The notes: generated by a model from the letters alone, not told the origin. Positions 1 to 9,720 are shown, counted from the first letter of the stretch. The stretch: DNA of 64,000 nucleotides from Candidatus Levyibacteriota bacterium (GCA_016182235.1 JACOXT010000003.1:451488-515487); one strand, 5' to 3'. A program made the numbers and translations.

Positions 1-897
1 GAGGAAAGCTTAAAGTATTTCTACGAAGAGCTAATCAACACATTTTCTAATGAGACAATAAAATACGAAGTTATTTTTATTGATGATGGTTCCGACGATT
101 CTTCATTAGAAATTCTAAAAACATTTGAGAATCAAAATAAAAATGTACGGGTTTTTGCATTCAGAAAAAATAGAGGAAAGTCGGAAGCGCTTTTATATGG
201 GTTTTTAAAAGCCAGGGGTGAATATATTTTGACCATGGACGCAGATCTGCAAGACAAGCCTTCTGAGGGATTGTCACTTCTTAAAAAATTGCGAGAAGGC
301 AATGATCATATATCTGGGTGGAGAAAGGTGAGGAAAGATACGGGTCTTAAAATTCTATTCTCAAGAGTTTTTAATACTTTGGTAAGTCTTATTTTTGGCC
401 TAAGGTTTCATGATTATAATTGCGGACTTAAAGCCTATACAAAAGAAGCTGCTAAGAGTCTTAAGCTCTATGGGGGACTTCATAGGTTTATTCCGCTAAT
501 TCTATATCAACAGGGTTTTAAGGTAGGAGAAATGCCCGTCAGTCATGGTCAGCGAAGATTTGGAAAATCGAAGTTTGGAATATCAAAAGTTTGGAAAGAT
601 TTGCCCGATATGCTTACAATGATATTTCTTATTAAATACAGCAATCGTCCGCTTCATTTTTTTGGGGTCGCTGGATTTATGTTCCTTTTTATTGGATTTG
701 GGATTTTAATATATCTTACATTTGCAAAAATTTTTTATGGAGAGGGAATCGGAGATAGGCCAATTATTTTTTTGGGAATTCTTCTCATGCTTACTGGTTT
801 TCAGACCTTATTTACGGGCTTTTTAGCGGACCTTACTATAAACATCTCGCAAAGAGAGACTAAAGAATTTTATCTTAAATATTCAAGTAAAGATTAA
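1..897 (+). CDS. GT2-family glycosyltransferase (polyprenyl-phosphate sugar transferase type, DPM1/GtrB-like); 5-prime end outside window
   Basis: Frame-1 ORF runs in from the window edge. Motifs FIDDGSDDSS and ILTMDADLQD (DXD) are typical of GT2. The C-terminal hydrophobic helices resemble GtrB/DPM1-type enzymes. Confidence 0.8.
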   Translation, partial: EESLKYFYEELINTFSNETIKYEVIFIDDGSDDSSLEILKTFENQNKNVRVFAFRKNRGKSEALLYGFLKARGEYILTMDADLQDKPSEGLSLLKKLREGNDHISGWRKVRKDTGLKILFSRVFNTLVSLIFGLRFHDYNCGLKAYTKEAAKSLKLYGGLHRFIPLILYQQGFKVGEMPVSHGQRRFGKSKFGISKVWKDLPDMLTMIFLIKYSNRPLHFFGVAGFMFLFIGFGILIYLTFAKIFYGEGIGDRPIIFLGILLMLTGFQTLFTGFLADLTINISQRETKEFYLKYSSKD

Positions 898-1505
898 TTT
901 TTTTCATTTTTTTCTCCTAAAATTATTATCCATGGAAAAGGTAATTTTATTTTCTTTATTTTCAATCCATGCTTTTTAAGAAGATTTATGAAGGAAATAA
1001 TGGTCCAATGATTAATATGTCCTGGGTCGTTTCCTAACCTTGAAATATTTTTTCCTCTAAGAAAATTACTTAGCATAAAGAAAGGCTCATTAGGAACAGA
1101 AATAACAACATCTTTTGTTGAAATCCTTAGTATCTCTTTAAGTGCTCTTTGTGGACTATCTAAGTGCTCTAATACTTCAGTACACACAACTAAGTCAAAA
1201 AAATTATTAGGATATGGTATGCTGTAAATACTTCCTCTTTTTATCTTTAGGTCCGGGAAAAGCTTTTTACCTATCGTAATTGTTTCTTCTGAGAACTCTA
1301 TCCCTTCTACATTTTCTCCAATATTATTTTTAATTAAATTATTCATGGTAAATCCTTCTCCGCAGCCTGCGTCAAGCACGGTTTTTGGATTGAGTGGTTT
1401 TATTAATGAGACTAACGAGGAGTAGAAATTATCAATTAAATATTTTTGTAACGGGTTTTTACTTGTATGTTTTATGTAATTTGTGGGAAGTTGAGTTTTA
1501 TCCAT
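894..1505 (-). CDS. class I SAM-dependent methyltransferase
   Basis: 203-aa ORF with motif I LDAGCGEGF and the post-I acidic motif VVCTEVLEHL. Confidence 0.75.
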   Translation of the reverse strand: MDKTQLPTNYIKHTSKNPLQKYLIDNFYSSLVSLIKPLNPKTVLDAGCGEGFTMNNLIKNNIGENVEGIEFSEETITIGKKLFPDLKIKRGSIYSIPYPNNFFDLVVCTEVLEHLDSPQRALKEILRISTKDVVISVPNEPFFMLSNFLRGKNISRLGNDPGHINHWTIISFINLLKKHGLKIKKIKLPFPWIIILGEKNEKN

Positions 1506-1533
1506 GCATAGAATAATATAGAATACTAATTAT

Positions 1534-1773
1534 ATGTGGAATGATATGAAGATACAAGATATTGCGTTTATCATTACTTTATTAAGCTTAATTTATAAAC
1601 GAAGTCCTAAATGGACAGTTGTCTTTGGGATTGTCAGCCTTTTATTATCGATTCCTCTTTTTACCCTTTGGGTTTTCTTTACTGCTGAGCGGCTTACTTG
1701 GTATGCGGCAGGTTTTTTTCTTTTGGCTATCATTTTCTTTTTATTAAATGCAAGAAAGTATAGAGGCAATTAA
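1534..1773 (+). CDS. small hydrophobic membrane protein (hypothetical)
   Basis: 79-aa ORF with two or three predicted TM helices, sitting between flanking genes. Confidence 0.4.
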   Translation: MWNDMKIQDIAFIITLLSLIYKRSPKWTVVFGIVSLLLSIPLFTLWVFFTAERLTWYAAGFFLLAIIFFLLNARKYRGN

Positions 1774-1795
1774 CCCAATCTGATACAATTAAGGG

Positions 1796-2362
1796 ATGAA
1801 GATTGGCATAGATATATCTCAAATTGCATATGAAGGGACTGGAGTTGCGCGATACTTAAGGTCTCTGGTTGAAGAGCTCCTGAGAATTGATAAAAAGAAC
1901 GAGTATGTCCTTTTTTTCTCAAGCCTCAGAAGAAAAATTCCCTCCTTCGCCAAGGCTGCCTCCTTCGCCGAAGTGGCTACGAAGGCCGAGTCGGCGGGCA
2001 AGAGAAATTCCAAAATAAAGGCTTTTAGATTTCCCCCTTCTTTGTTAGATTTACTCTGGAATAGGCTGCATATTTTGCCGGTCGAGTGGCTAATTGGAGA
2101 TGTTGATATTTTTATTACTTCCGACTGGACGGAGCCTCCTGTACTTCGAGCAAAAAAGGCAACAATTCTATACGACCTTATTGTTTATAAATATCCTCAA
2201 GAAACAGATAAACATATTGTCGAGGTTCAAAAGCGAAAATTAGAATGGGCTAAAAAAGAATCAGATTTAATTTTTTGCATATCAGAGGCCACAAAGAAAG
2301 ATGCCATGGAAATCTTAGACGTTGAAGAGGAACGATTAAAGGTTATATTGCCGGGAGTGTGA
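1796..2362 (+). CDS. truncated GT4 glycosyltransferase, N-terminal Rossmann domain only (possible gene remnant)
   Basis: 188 aa. Starts MKIGIDISQ..GTGVARY like a GT4 N-domain and stops just after ...ILPGV, the position where the downstream GT4 has TYPGV. Lacks the C-terminal EX7E/nucleotide-sugar domain. Contains the GC-rich in-frame insertion at 1934-2011. Confidence 0.5.
   Translation: MKIGIDISQIAYEGTGVARYLRSLVEELLRIDKKNEYVLFFSSLRRKIPSFAKAASFAEVATKAESAGKRNSKIKAFRFPPSLLDLLWNRLHILPVEWLIGDVDIFITSDWTEPPVLRAKKATILYDLIVYKYPQETDKHIVEVQKRKLEWAKKESDLIFCISEATKKDAMEILDVEEERLKVILPGV
1934..2011. repeat. GC-rich ~60-bp in-frame insertion flanked by AAATTCC direct repeats inside the GT4 fragment
   Basis: agAAAAATTCC[ctccttcgccaaggctgcctccttcgccgaagtggctacgaaggccgagtcggcgggcaag]AGAAATTCCaaaat. 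The core contains palindromic CTTCGCCGAAG. Confidence 0.6.
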
Positions 2363-3564
2363 TTATGACTATTGGGATCAATGGATACGAAGCTGTAATG
2401 CCGAGGTTTGGATATGATTTTGAAACAAAACTGCCAAGAAGGGTCGGCAGCGGTGAATATTGTTTTGAACTCCTACTATATCTTAACAAAATTGATAAGA
2501 AAAACAAATATATAATATTTCTTCCCAAAACTCCAACAATGGATTTACCTAGGCAATCAGATAGCTGGCGATATAGGATTGTTGGGCCAAAGCGCTTTTG
2601 GACGATTTTTGGGTTATCAATGGAATTTTTGCTTAGGCGGTCTAAGGTAGACGTATTTTTCTCCCCAACTCATTATTTGCCTTTTTTTTTGCCAGTAAAA
2701 TCCGCTGTTTCTGTTTTAGATGTTTCCTTTATTCATTTTCCTAAGCTTTTTAAAAAGAAAGATCTGTATCAGCTTAAGAGTTGGACAGCTTATTCGGTAA
2801 GGAAAGCATCAAAAGTGTTAACGATTAGCCTGGCGTCAAAAGATGATATAATTAAGACATACAATGTTTCGAAGGAAAAGGTGATAGTTACATATCCCGG
2901 AGTAAAATCCGAAATTCAAATATCGAAATTCGAAACAAATGCAAAATTCAAAATGCAAAATTCAAAATTTCTTAAAGATAAGTACGGGGCTGAAGGGAAT
3001 TATATTTTGTTTGTGGGGACATTACAGCCCAGAAAAAATATAGTCCGTCTTATCGAGGCCTTTAGCCATATTTCTTCTTCTTTAATCATTAATCCTGCCT
3101 CGCCGGCAGGCAGGCCTTTATCGTTAATCATTGTGGGTAAAAAGGGTTGGTTATATGAGGAAATTTTGGAGACTCCCAAAAAGCTTAATATTGAGACGAA
3201 AGTAAAGTTTTTAGAAAATATTTCAGATGAAGATTTGCCTTATTTTTATAAAAACGCTTTATGTTTTGTTTTACCTAGCCTATATGAAGGGTTTGGCCTG
3301 CCAATTTTGGAAGCAATGAGATATGGGTGTCCGGTTATCACAAGTAATATCTCCTCGCTTCCCGAGGCAGGAGGAGACGCGGCTCTATACGTAGATCCTC
3401 TCAATGTAGACGATATTGCCAAAAAATTGGAATTAGTAATTAATAATGAAGATTTAAGGAAAAAACTTATAAAAAAAGGTTACGAACAAGTTAGGAAATT
3501 CAGTTGGGAGAAAACAGCAAGAGAAACATTAAGGGTATTGGAAGGTGTAGTAAATAATGAGTAG
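2359..3564 (+). CDS. GT4-family glycosyltransferase
   Basis: 401 aa with the C-terminal GT4 signature EGFGLPILEAMRYGCPVITS. Carries two in-frame mini-insertions (2905-2972 and 3082-3132). Confidence 0.85.
   Translation: MIMTIGINGYEAVMPRFGYDFETKLPRRVGSGEYCFELLLYLNKIDKKNKYIIFLPKTPTMDLPRQSDSWRYRIVGPKRFWTIFGLSMEFLLRRSKVDVFFSPTHYLPFFLPVKSAVSVLDVSFIHFPKLFKKKDLYQLKSWTAYSVRKASKVLTISLASKDDIIKTYNVSKEKVIVTYPGVKSEIQISKFETNAKFKMQNSKFLKDKYGAEGNYILFVGTLQPRKNIVRLIEAFSHISSSLIINPASPAGRPLSLIIVGKKGWLYEEILETPKKLNIETKVKFLENISDEDLPYFYKNALCFVLPSLYEGFGLPILEAMRYGCPVITSNISSLPEAGGDAALYVDPLNVDDIAKKLELVINNEDLRKKLIKKGYEQVRKFSWEKTARETLRVLEGVVNNE
2905..2972. repeat. AT-rich in-frame insertion with GAAATTC/AAAATTC tandem units in GT4
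   Basis: tccGAAATTCaaatatcGAAATTCgaaacaaatgcAAAATTCaaaatgcAAAATTCaaaatttc encodes SEIQISKFETNAKFKMQNSKF. Confidence 0.6.
3082..3132. repeat. GC-rich hairpin mini-insertion with perfect 9-bp direct repeat (TTAATCATT) inside GT4 CDS
   Basis: TTAATCATTaatCCTGCCtcgccGGCAGGcaggcctttatcgTTAATCATT. Repeat-to-repeat distance is 42 nt (14 codons), so it is in frame. Confidence 0.7.
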
Positions 3565-4108
3565 GCTAACAAGAAGAATAAAAACTGTATTGTTGGAATT
3601 TATAGTCATGAAGCTGCATTTTGTGGGATATGTTCCATCGCATCATTATCGTAGGTTTTTTTATAGACTTTTTGGTATGAAAATTGGAAGAGGATCAACA
3701 ATACACATGGGTGCTCGATTTTATAATCCAAGAAACATACAAATTGGTGAGGATTCTATTGTCGGTGAAGGGACAGTATTGGATGGAAGAGACAAATTGA
3801 CTATTGGAGATCATGTGGATATAGCAAGTGAAGTTATGATTTATAATTCAGAACACGATGTTCAAAGTAGCGATTTTCAGGCAAAGACTGCGCCTGTTGA
3901 AATTTCAGATTATGTTTTTATTGGACCACGTGTAATTATTTTGCCCGGAGTAAAAATTGGTAAAGGAGCTGTAATTGCTGCAGGAGCGGTGGTTACAAAA
4001 GACGTTGAGAGTTTTGCAATTATTGGTGGTGTACCTGCACAAAAGATTGGAGAAAGAAAAATTAAGGAATTAAATTACAAACTCGGAAGAGCTGCGTGGT
4101 TTAGATAG
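3557..4108 (+). CDS. hexapeptide-repeat (LbH) sugar O-acetyltransferase, WcaF/maltose acetyltransferase-like
   Basis: 183 aa with repeated [LIV]G-x4 hexapeptide units (IGEDSIVGEGTVLDG..IGDHVDIAS..IGPRVIILPGVKIGKGAVIAAGAVV). Confidence 0.8.
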   Translation: MSRLTRRIKTVLLEFIVMKLHFVGYVPSHHYRRFFYRLFGMKIGRGSTIHMGARFYNPRNIQIGEDSIVGEGTVLDGRDKLTIGDHVDIASEVMIYNSEHDVQSSDFQAKTAPVEISDYVFIGPRVIILPGVKIGKGAVIAAGAVVTKDVESFAIIGGVPAQKIGERKIKELNYKLGRAAWFR

Positions 4109-4127
4109 CCTAAAATCTTTAATTGTT

Positions 4128-5018
4128 GTGATAGAACTCTCTATAATTATTCTTTCTTATAATACCAAAGATTTAACGCGTCGATGCATCCAATCAGTAA
4201 GAAAGCAATATAAAAAAGAACTGATAGACAAAAAATTGGAAATTATAGTTATTGACAATAATTCATCCGATGATTCTGCATCTTTATTGTCAGATCTTAA
4301 AAAAGAAATACTCGCCTCGCGGCGAAGCGGGTCAAATTTTACACTAATTCAAAATAGAGAAAATTTAGGATTTGCTAAAGGTTGCAATTTCGGCGCTAAA
4401 AACGCTAAAGGAAAATATCTTCTTTTTCTAAATTCTGATACTACAGTTCTAGATAGGGGATTTTTACGGATGACAGAATTTTTAGATAATCACAAAGAAG
4501 CTGGTATTTTGGGTGGAAGACTTCTGAATCCAAATGGTACTCCCCAACGATCGGGTGGAAAGTTTTATAACCTATGGTACCTTTTTTTAATGCTTTTAGG
4601 GTTGGAGGTGTTAGTAAGAAGATCACCTACTAAGATAGATAAGATTGATTGGGTAAGTGGGGCTTGCTTGATGATAGGAAAGAATCAATTCAATAATCTA
4701 TCTGGTTTTGATGAACATTTTTTCATGTACATAGAAGACATGGAATTATGCTATAGGATGAGAAAACTTGGTTTTTCAACTTATTTTTATCCTTTTGTTG
4801 GGATTGAGCATAAAACCCTAGGTAGCAGCAACAGATCATTTGCTATAATTAATATTTATAAGGGAATTCTCTATTTTTATTCAAAACACAAAAATCATCT
4901 AGAGTATTTAGTTGCCAAAACATTGCTTATCTCAAAAGCAGAAATTTTAATTTTGGTAGGATTTTTGACATTTAGCTCTGGGCTAAGGGATAGATACAGA
5001 AAGGCGGTAATGTTTTAA
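4128..5018 (+). CDS. GT2-family glycosyltransferase
   Basis: N-terminal IIILSYNTKD and VIDNNSSDDS with a DXD-like FLNSDT. Contains a GC-palindrome insertion at 4311-4332. Confidence 0.8.
   Translation: MIELSIIILSYNTKDLTRRCIQSVRKQYKKELIDKKLEIIVIDNNSSDDSASLLSDLKKEILASRRSGSNFTLIQNRENLGFAKGCNFGAKNAKGKYLLFLNSDTTVLDRGFLRMTEFLDNHKEAGILGGRLLNPNGTPQRSGGKFYNLWYLFLMLLGLEVLVRRSPTKIDKIDWVSGACLMIGKNQFNNLSGFDEHFFMYIEDMELCYRMRKLGFSTYFYPFVGIEHKTLGSSNRSFAIINIYKGILYFYSKHKNHLEYLVAKTLLISKAEILILVGFLTFSSGLRDRYRKAVMF
4311..4332. repeat. GC-rich palindromic core CTCGCCTCGCGGCGAAGCGGGT inside GT2 CDS
   Basis: Same core family as the copies at 29026-29047 and (reverse complement) 45518-45538. Confidence 0.6.
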
Positions 5019-5021
5019 TCC

Positions 5022-8000
5022 ATGAAAATTTTTAAATGGATGTCGGATAATCTTTTGTTTGTTTTCACTTTGATCTTATTGGGACTGATTCCTCTTTACC
5101 CGAAAATCCCTCTTATTGATATAAAAAATACATGGGTGTATGTTAGGGCAGAAGATTTTTTTGTTACATTTGTTGTTTTGTTTTGGGTGGGATTAGTCTT
5201 GTTTAGAAGGGTTACTCTAAAAACACCTTTAACATTGCCGATTTTCATTTTTTGGATTATTGGCGGCATATCAACCCTCCATGGAGTGCTTCTGATTTTC
5301 CCAACCATTTCAGATGTTTTTTCCAACGTAGCCATGCTAAGCCTGCTTAGGAGAGTGGAATATTTATCTTTATTTTTTGTGGCAGTTACTTCAATAAAAG
5401 ATAAAAAAGCAATTTTTTATGTTGTTTGGGCATTGGCAATTGTACTTTTGTTGGTGGCTGGATATGGGTTTGGACAAAAATTCCTAAGCTTTCCGGCGTA
5501 TTTAACCATGAATGAAGAATTCGCGAAAGGAATTCCCATTCACCTTTCCGAGCTTTCAAGAGTGCCGTCTACGTTTGCGGGTCATTACGATCTGGCCGCT
5601 TATTTAGTTCTTGTAATCCCAATACTTATTAGCATAGTTTTTGGATTTAGGAATTTATTTGCAAAACTTTTCTTTCTTACGACATCTGTTTTGGGATTTA
5701 TACTTCTTTTCATGACCGTATCTCGAGTTTCATTTTTTGTTCTTTTGATTTCCATTGTTGTGCTTTTGATTCTTCAGAAAAAAAAATGGTTTATTGGATC
5801 TCTTCTGGTAGTGGCAGTTCTTTTTTTAAGTTTTGCTCCAAGTCTTATTGCCCGGTTTGGAGATACGGTTAAAGAAATTAATGTTTTAGTTGATGCTAGG
5901 ACAGGAGGGGCAATAGGCCAAGTAAAAGAAGTGCCTTCTGCGTATTTCAAAGATAAGATTATTAAAAAGGTGGCAATCTCCAATAAAGACGCCTTAAACG
6001 CAAGCGTTTCGGCAGTAGTTCCATTCTCCCTGATCCCTCCTATAGCCTCCCTTGTTGTTGAGGCCAACAGCCCAACAGGAGAAAATCTTCCGCAGGGAAC
6101 AAGCTATATTAATCTACCTCTGTCACCTGTTATCAAAAAGGTGGACGAGTATTATTATCAAAAATTGACTAACAAGTCTGGATTGGAATCGGAGGAAATT
6201 AGCGTTATCTATGGGGATTTTTTGATAAAAAAAGCAAAAGCATATGATCTTTCTTTTACCACAAGATTTCAAGGAGAGTGGCCAAATGCAATATTGGCTT
6301 TCAAGAGAAATATTTTTCTTGGCAGCGGTTATGGTTCGGTTAGTTTGGCGGTTGACAATAACTATCTGCGAATTTTGGGAGAATCAGGACTATTAGGATT
6401 TGTTTCATTCATATCTATCTTTTTAATTGCAGGAATTTATATCTGGAAAATACTTCCAAATGTTACTTCGCCTGTTGTCAGGAATTTTGTTTTTGGGTTT
6501 GTGGCAGGTGCTTTTGGTTTGGCGTTGAACGCGCTTCTTATTGATGTGTTCGAAGCTTCAAAAGTTGCGTTTACTCTATGGCTTTTAATGGGAATAACTC
6601 TTGGGATTTTAAGTTTGTATAAAACAGAAGATGTAGATATTCTTAAAGAACTTAAAAGAATGGTAACATCTACCGTTGCAGTTGTAGTTTATCTATTTGT
6701 TGCCTCGGTATTACTTTTGGGAGTTTCAAGTTACTTCTTTGTCGGAGACGATTTTACTTGGTTTAAGTGGGTTACAGACCCGTCCAACAGCATTATTAGC
6801 TATTTTACCAAGGCCGATGGATTTTTTTACCGCCCTGGGACAAAACTCTATTTTTACTTAATGCATTCGGTGTTTTGGCTTAATCAGTCTGTTTATCATT
6901 TTGTTTCCATATTTCTTCATTTTGCAGTTTCGGTTTTGGTATTTTTGATCGCCAAAAGAATTTTTAAAAATTATTTCTCATCTGTCGCAGCTGCCTTTTT
7001 ATTTCTTATACTAAGCGGGTATCACGAAGCAGTCTTCTGGATTTCAGCTTCTGGGTTTCTCTTTAATGCATTATTCGCGATGCTTTCTTTGCTTTCGTAT
7101 ATTTACTGGAGGGAAAAAAGGAAATCTGTTTATTTCGCAAGTGCTATAGTTTTTATATTTTTGAGCATGATGTTTCACGAACTCGGAGTAGTCGTTCCTT
7201 TTCTTCTTATTGCGTACGATTTGATTTTTGGAGAGTTTACAATCGGGAAATTTTTTAAGAAGAGCTATCTAGTTTTGCTCTCACCTATTTTACCATATCT
7301 TGCATTTCGCCTTTCTGCCAATAGTCATTGGTTTAGTGGAGATTATAGTTATAGCTTAATCAATTTTCCATTTAACTTTATAGGCAATATCATGGGATAC
7401 TTAGCTCTTGGTTTTTTCGGACCCAAGTCTATGGTTTTTTACCAGGCATTAAGAGATTTTGGAAGAAACAACACGTCCATTTCTATTTTGGTTTATTTGG
7501 TTATTGTATTTGGTGTTTTTATACTTTATAGATTGTTTGCTAAAAAGATTGAAAAACAGGAATGGAGAATTATTGTTTTTGCATCTTTATTTTTTGTTAT
7601 ATCACTCCTGCCATTTTTAGGGTTAGGAAATATGACTTCTCGCTATAGCTATTTATCGTCATTTGGGATTGTAATTCTTTTAGTTTTTTTCTTCAAGAAG
7701 ATATATTTTTACTTAACAAGTATTAGCGATAGATACGTTGGTGCTACGGCTATGACCATGATAGTAATTGTTTACTGCATTTTTCAACTATTTGGACTCC
7801 AAAATATTCATACGGATTGGAAAGTTGCCGGTGAGAAGTCTAAGAGATTTTTTATTTCAATCGAAGAATATTCTAAAGACTTTTGGATAAGAGATAGCAT
7901 GCAATTTTATTTTGTTGACATACCGATTCGAAACGGCGAGGCATGGGTATGGCCGGTAGGATTGGAAGATGCCTTGTGGTTTACATTCAAGAATCCAAAT

Positions 8001-8156
8001 ATCGCAGTTTACAAAATGTCAGATATTAGCCTCGCATTTGATCAGGCGGCAAACTCATCAAGCGCCCACGTATTTCGATTTGATAAGTATGGAAACGTGG
8101 AAGAGGTTGTTAGAGCAAAGAACGGACAAATAAATCTCCTAAATTCTCCAAGATAA
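5022..8156 (+). CDS. large polytopic membrane protein, probable glycan polymerase/ligase-like (O-antigen ligase, Wzy_C-type) with a second multi-TM domain
   Basis: 1044 aa with more than 20 hydrophobic helices in two blocks separated by a soluble loop. Embedded in the glycosyltransferase locus. The function is inferred from context and topology only. Confidence 0.45.
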   Translation: MKIFKWMSDNLLFVFTLILLGLIPLYPKIPLIDIKNTWVYVRAEDFFVTFVVLFWVGLVLFRRVTLKTPLTLPIFIFWIIGGISTLHGVLLIFPTISDVFSNVAMLSLLRRVEYLSLFFVAVTSIKDKKAIFYVVWALAIVLLLVAGYGFGQKFLSFPAYLTMNEEFAKGIPIHLSELSRVPSTFAGHYDLAAYLVLVIPILISIVFGFRNLFAKLFFLTTSVLGFILLFMTVSRVSFFVLLISIVVLLILQKKKWFIGSLLVVAVLFLSFAPSLIARFGDTVKEINVLVDARTGGAIGQVKEVPSAYFKDKIIKKVAISNKDALNASVSAVVPFSLIPPIASLVVEANSPTGENLPQGTSYINLPLSPVIKKVDEYYYQKLTNKSGLESEEISVIYGDFLIKKAKAYDLSFTTRFQGEWPNAILAFKRNIFLGSGYGSVSLAVDNNYLRILGESGLLGFVSFISIFLIAGIYIWKILPNVTSPVVRNFVFGFVAGAFGLALNALLIDVFEASKVAFTLWLLMGITLGILSLYKTEDVDILKELKRMVTSTVAVVVYLFVASVLLLGVSSYFFVGDDFTWFKWVTDPSNSIISYFTKADGFFYRPGTKLYFYLMHSVFWLNQSVYHFVSIFLHFAVSVLVFLIAKRIFKNYFSSVAAAFLFLILSGYHEAVFWISASGFLFNALFAMLSLLSYIYWREKRKSVYFASAIVFIFLSMMFHELGVVVPFLLIAYDLIFGEFTIGKFFKKSYLVLLSPILPYLAFRLSANSHWFSGDYSYSLINFPFNFIGNIMGYLALGFFGPKSMVFYQALRDFGRNNTSISILVYLVIVFGVFILYRLFAKKIEKQEWRIIVFASLFFVISLLPFLGLGNMTSRYSYLSSFGIVILLVFFFKKIYFYLTSISDRYVGATAMTMIVIVYCIFQLFGLQNIHTDWKVAGEKSKRFFISIEEYSKDFWIRDSMQFYFVDIPIRNGEAWVWPVGLEDALWFTFKNPNIAVYKMSDISLAFDQAANSSSAHVFRFDKYGNVEEVVRAKNGQINLLNSPR

Positions 8157-8237
8157 CCTTATTTTTTTTGAAAGCCTAACGATAACTGAGACAATTTGGC
8201 AATAAGAGTAGAATAAGCTACAATAATAGAATAGATA

Positions 8238-9719
8238 ATGAGGAAGTTTGAGATTTTTGCGTTGGCAGTTATTCTTATTGGGGCGTTTACAGTTAGGTTA
8301 TATAGGTTCGACTGGCCGGTTGCGGATTGGCACAGTTGGCGTCAGACTGACACATCGGCAGTTTCCCGAAATTTTGTAAGAGAAGGTTTCGACATATTCC
8401 GTCCCAAATTTGATGATTTATCTTCCGGTGTTTCTTTAATCGATAACCCAGAAGGTTACAGGTTTGTTGAATTTCCTATCTATAATGTGTTTCAAGCCAT
8501 TCTTTATCAGCAAATCGGTAAATTTACACTTGAGGAATGGGGAAGAGTAGTAACTATCTTTTCTTCCCTAATTTCGATAGTTTTTCTTTACCTTCTAGTT
8601 GCAAAGTACACGAATTCTCGCACCGGACTTTTGGCTTCTTTTTTCTTTGCTCTCATTCCATATAATATTTTTTATGGTCGCACCATTCTTCCCGATCAAT
8701 CTATGGTTGCATCACTTCTTGCAGGAACATACTTTTTTTCAAATTGGATGGAAAATAAAGACTTCAAATTTTCGATTTTCAATCTTCAATTTTTTCTAGC
8801 TGTCTTACTTATGGCGATGGCTTTACTTTTGAAGCCTTACGCTTTGTTTTTTACTTTGCCTTTGGTTTATCTTGCATGGAGTCGTTTTGGCTTTGGCTTT
8901 TTAAAAAAATGGCAGCTTTGGGCTTATTTTATTCTGGCAATTTTGCCTTTGATCTTGTGGCATATATGGATGAGTCAAAGGGAGTTTATTCAAGGAATTC
9001 CGCGTAATGATTGGTTATTTAATGGTAACGGCATTAGATTTAAAGGAGCATTTTTTCATTGGCTTTTTGGAGACAGAATAGGTCGTCTTATCTTGGGATA
9101 CTGGGGATTGCCTTTTGTTGTTTTGGGAATCATAAGGAAAATCAATAGAAAAGAAAATTGGTTTTTTTATTTTTTTATAGTTTCCTCTCTTGCCTATATG
9201 ACAATTTTAGCAACAGGAAATATCCAGCACGATTATTATCAAATTCTTATTGTTCCAACCCTTTCAATTTTTCTTGCAAAGGGTGTAGACCTTATACTTA
9301 GCAGTAAAGAATTTTTTAACCGGTCAGTTTCTTATATAATAATTGCTGGTGGAATTATTTTTATGTTAGCCTTCGGTTGGTTTGGGGTCAGGGATTATTA
9401 CAGCATTCAGCACCCGAACCTTATAGCTGCGGGACTCGCAGTTGACGAGCTTACTCCGAAAGATGTAAAAATTATTGCGCCCTATGGCGGGGATACAACC
9501 TTGTTATACCATACCAATCGAAAAGGCTGGCCGGTTTTTGACAGATCTTTTAAGGATTTTAAGAAAGCAGGAGCATCTTATATTGCCTTTGCTGATCCAA
9601 CGCCAGAGGAACTAAATTTAGAAACGTTATTCGAGCCTGTAATTATCACCCCTCAATACGCAATATTTGATCTTACAAAACCCACTCTGCAAGGCTTAAG
9701 AGAACAGAAAAAAGATTAA
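8238..9719 (+). CDS. GT39/GT83-like (ArnT/PMT-type) membrane glycosyltransferase
   Basis: N-terminus RLYRFDWPVADWHSWRQTDTSAVSRNF is the typical PMT_2/ArnT-like signature. Has about 11 TM helices. Contains a heptamer tract at 8763-8795. Confidence 0.7.
   Translation: MRKFEIFALAVILIGAFTVRLYRFDWPVADWHSWRQTDTSAVSRNFVREGFDIFRPKFDDLSSGVSLIDNPEGYRFVEFPIYNVFQAILYQQIGKFTLEEWGRVVTIFSSLISIVFLYLLVAKYTNSRTGLLASFFFALIPYNIFYGRTILPDQSMVASLLAGTYFFSNWMENKDFKFSIFNLQFFLAVLLMAMALLLKPYALFFTLPLVYLAWSRFGFGFLKKWQLWAYFILAILPLILWHIWMSQREFIQGIPRNDWLFNGNGIRFKGAFFHWLFGDRIGRLILGYWGLPFVVLGIIRKINRKENWFFYFFIVSSLAYMTILATGNIQHDYYQILIVPTLSIFLAKGVDLILSSKEFFNRSVSYIIIAGGIIFMLAFGWFGVRDYYSIQHPNLIAAGLAVDELTPKDVKIIAPYGGDTTLLYHTNRKGWPVFDRSFKDFKKAGASYIAFADPTPEELNLETLFEPVIITPQYAIFDLTKPTLQGLREQKKD
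8763..8795. repeat. TTCAATT/TTCGATT heptamer tract inside GT39-like CDS (encodes FKFSIFNLQFF)
   Basis: ttcaaattttcgattttcaatcttcaatttttt. Related to the ileS AATTTTC tract. Confidence 0.6.
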
Positions 9720-9720
9720 G

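Noticed and set aside
1819-2013. 64-aa minus-strand ORF
   Set aside because: It is created by the GC-rich insertion inside the GT4 fragment and is antisense to a coding region.
8599-8799. 66-aa ORF in an alternate frame of the GT39-like gene
   Set aside because: It is an in-gene alternate frame kept open by the heptamer tract.
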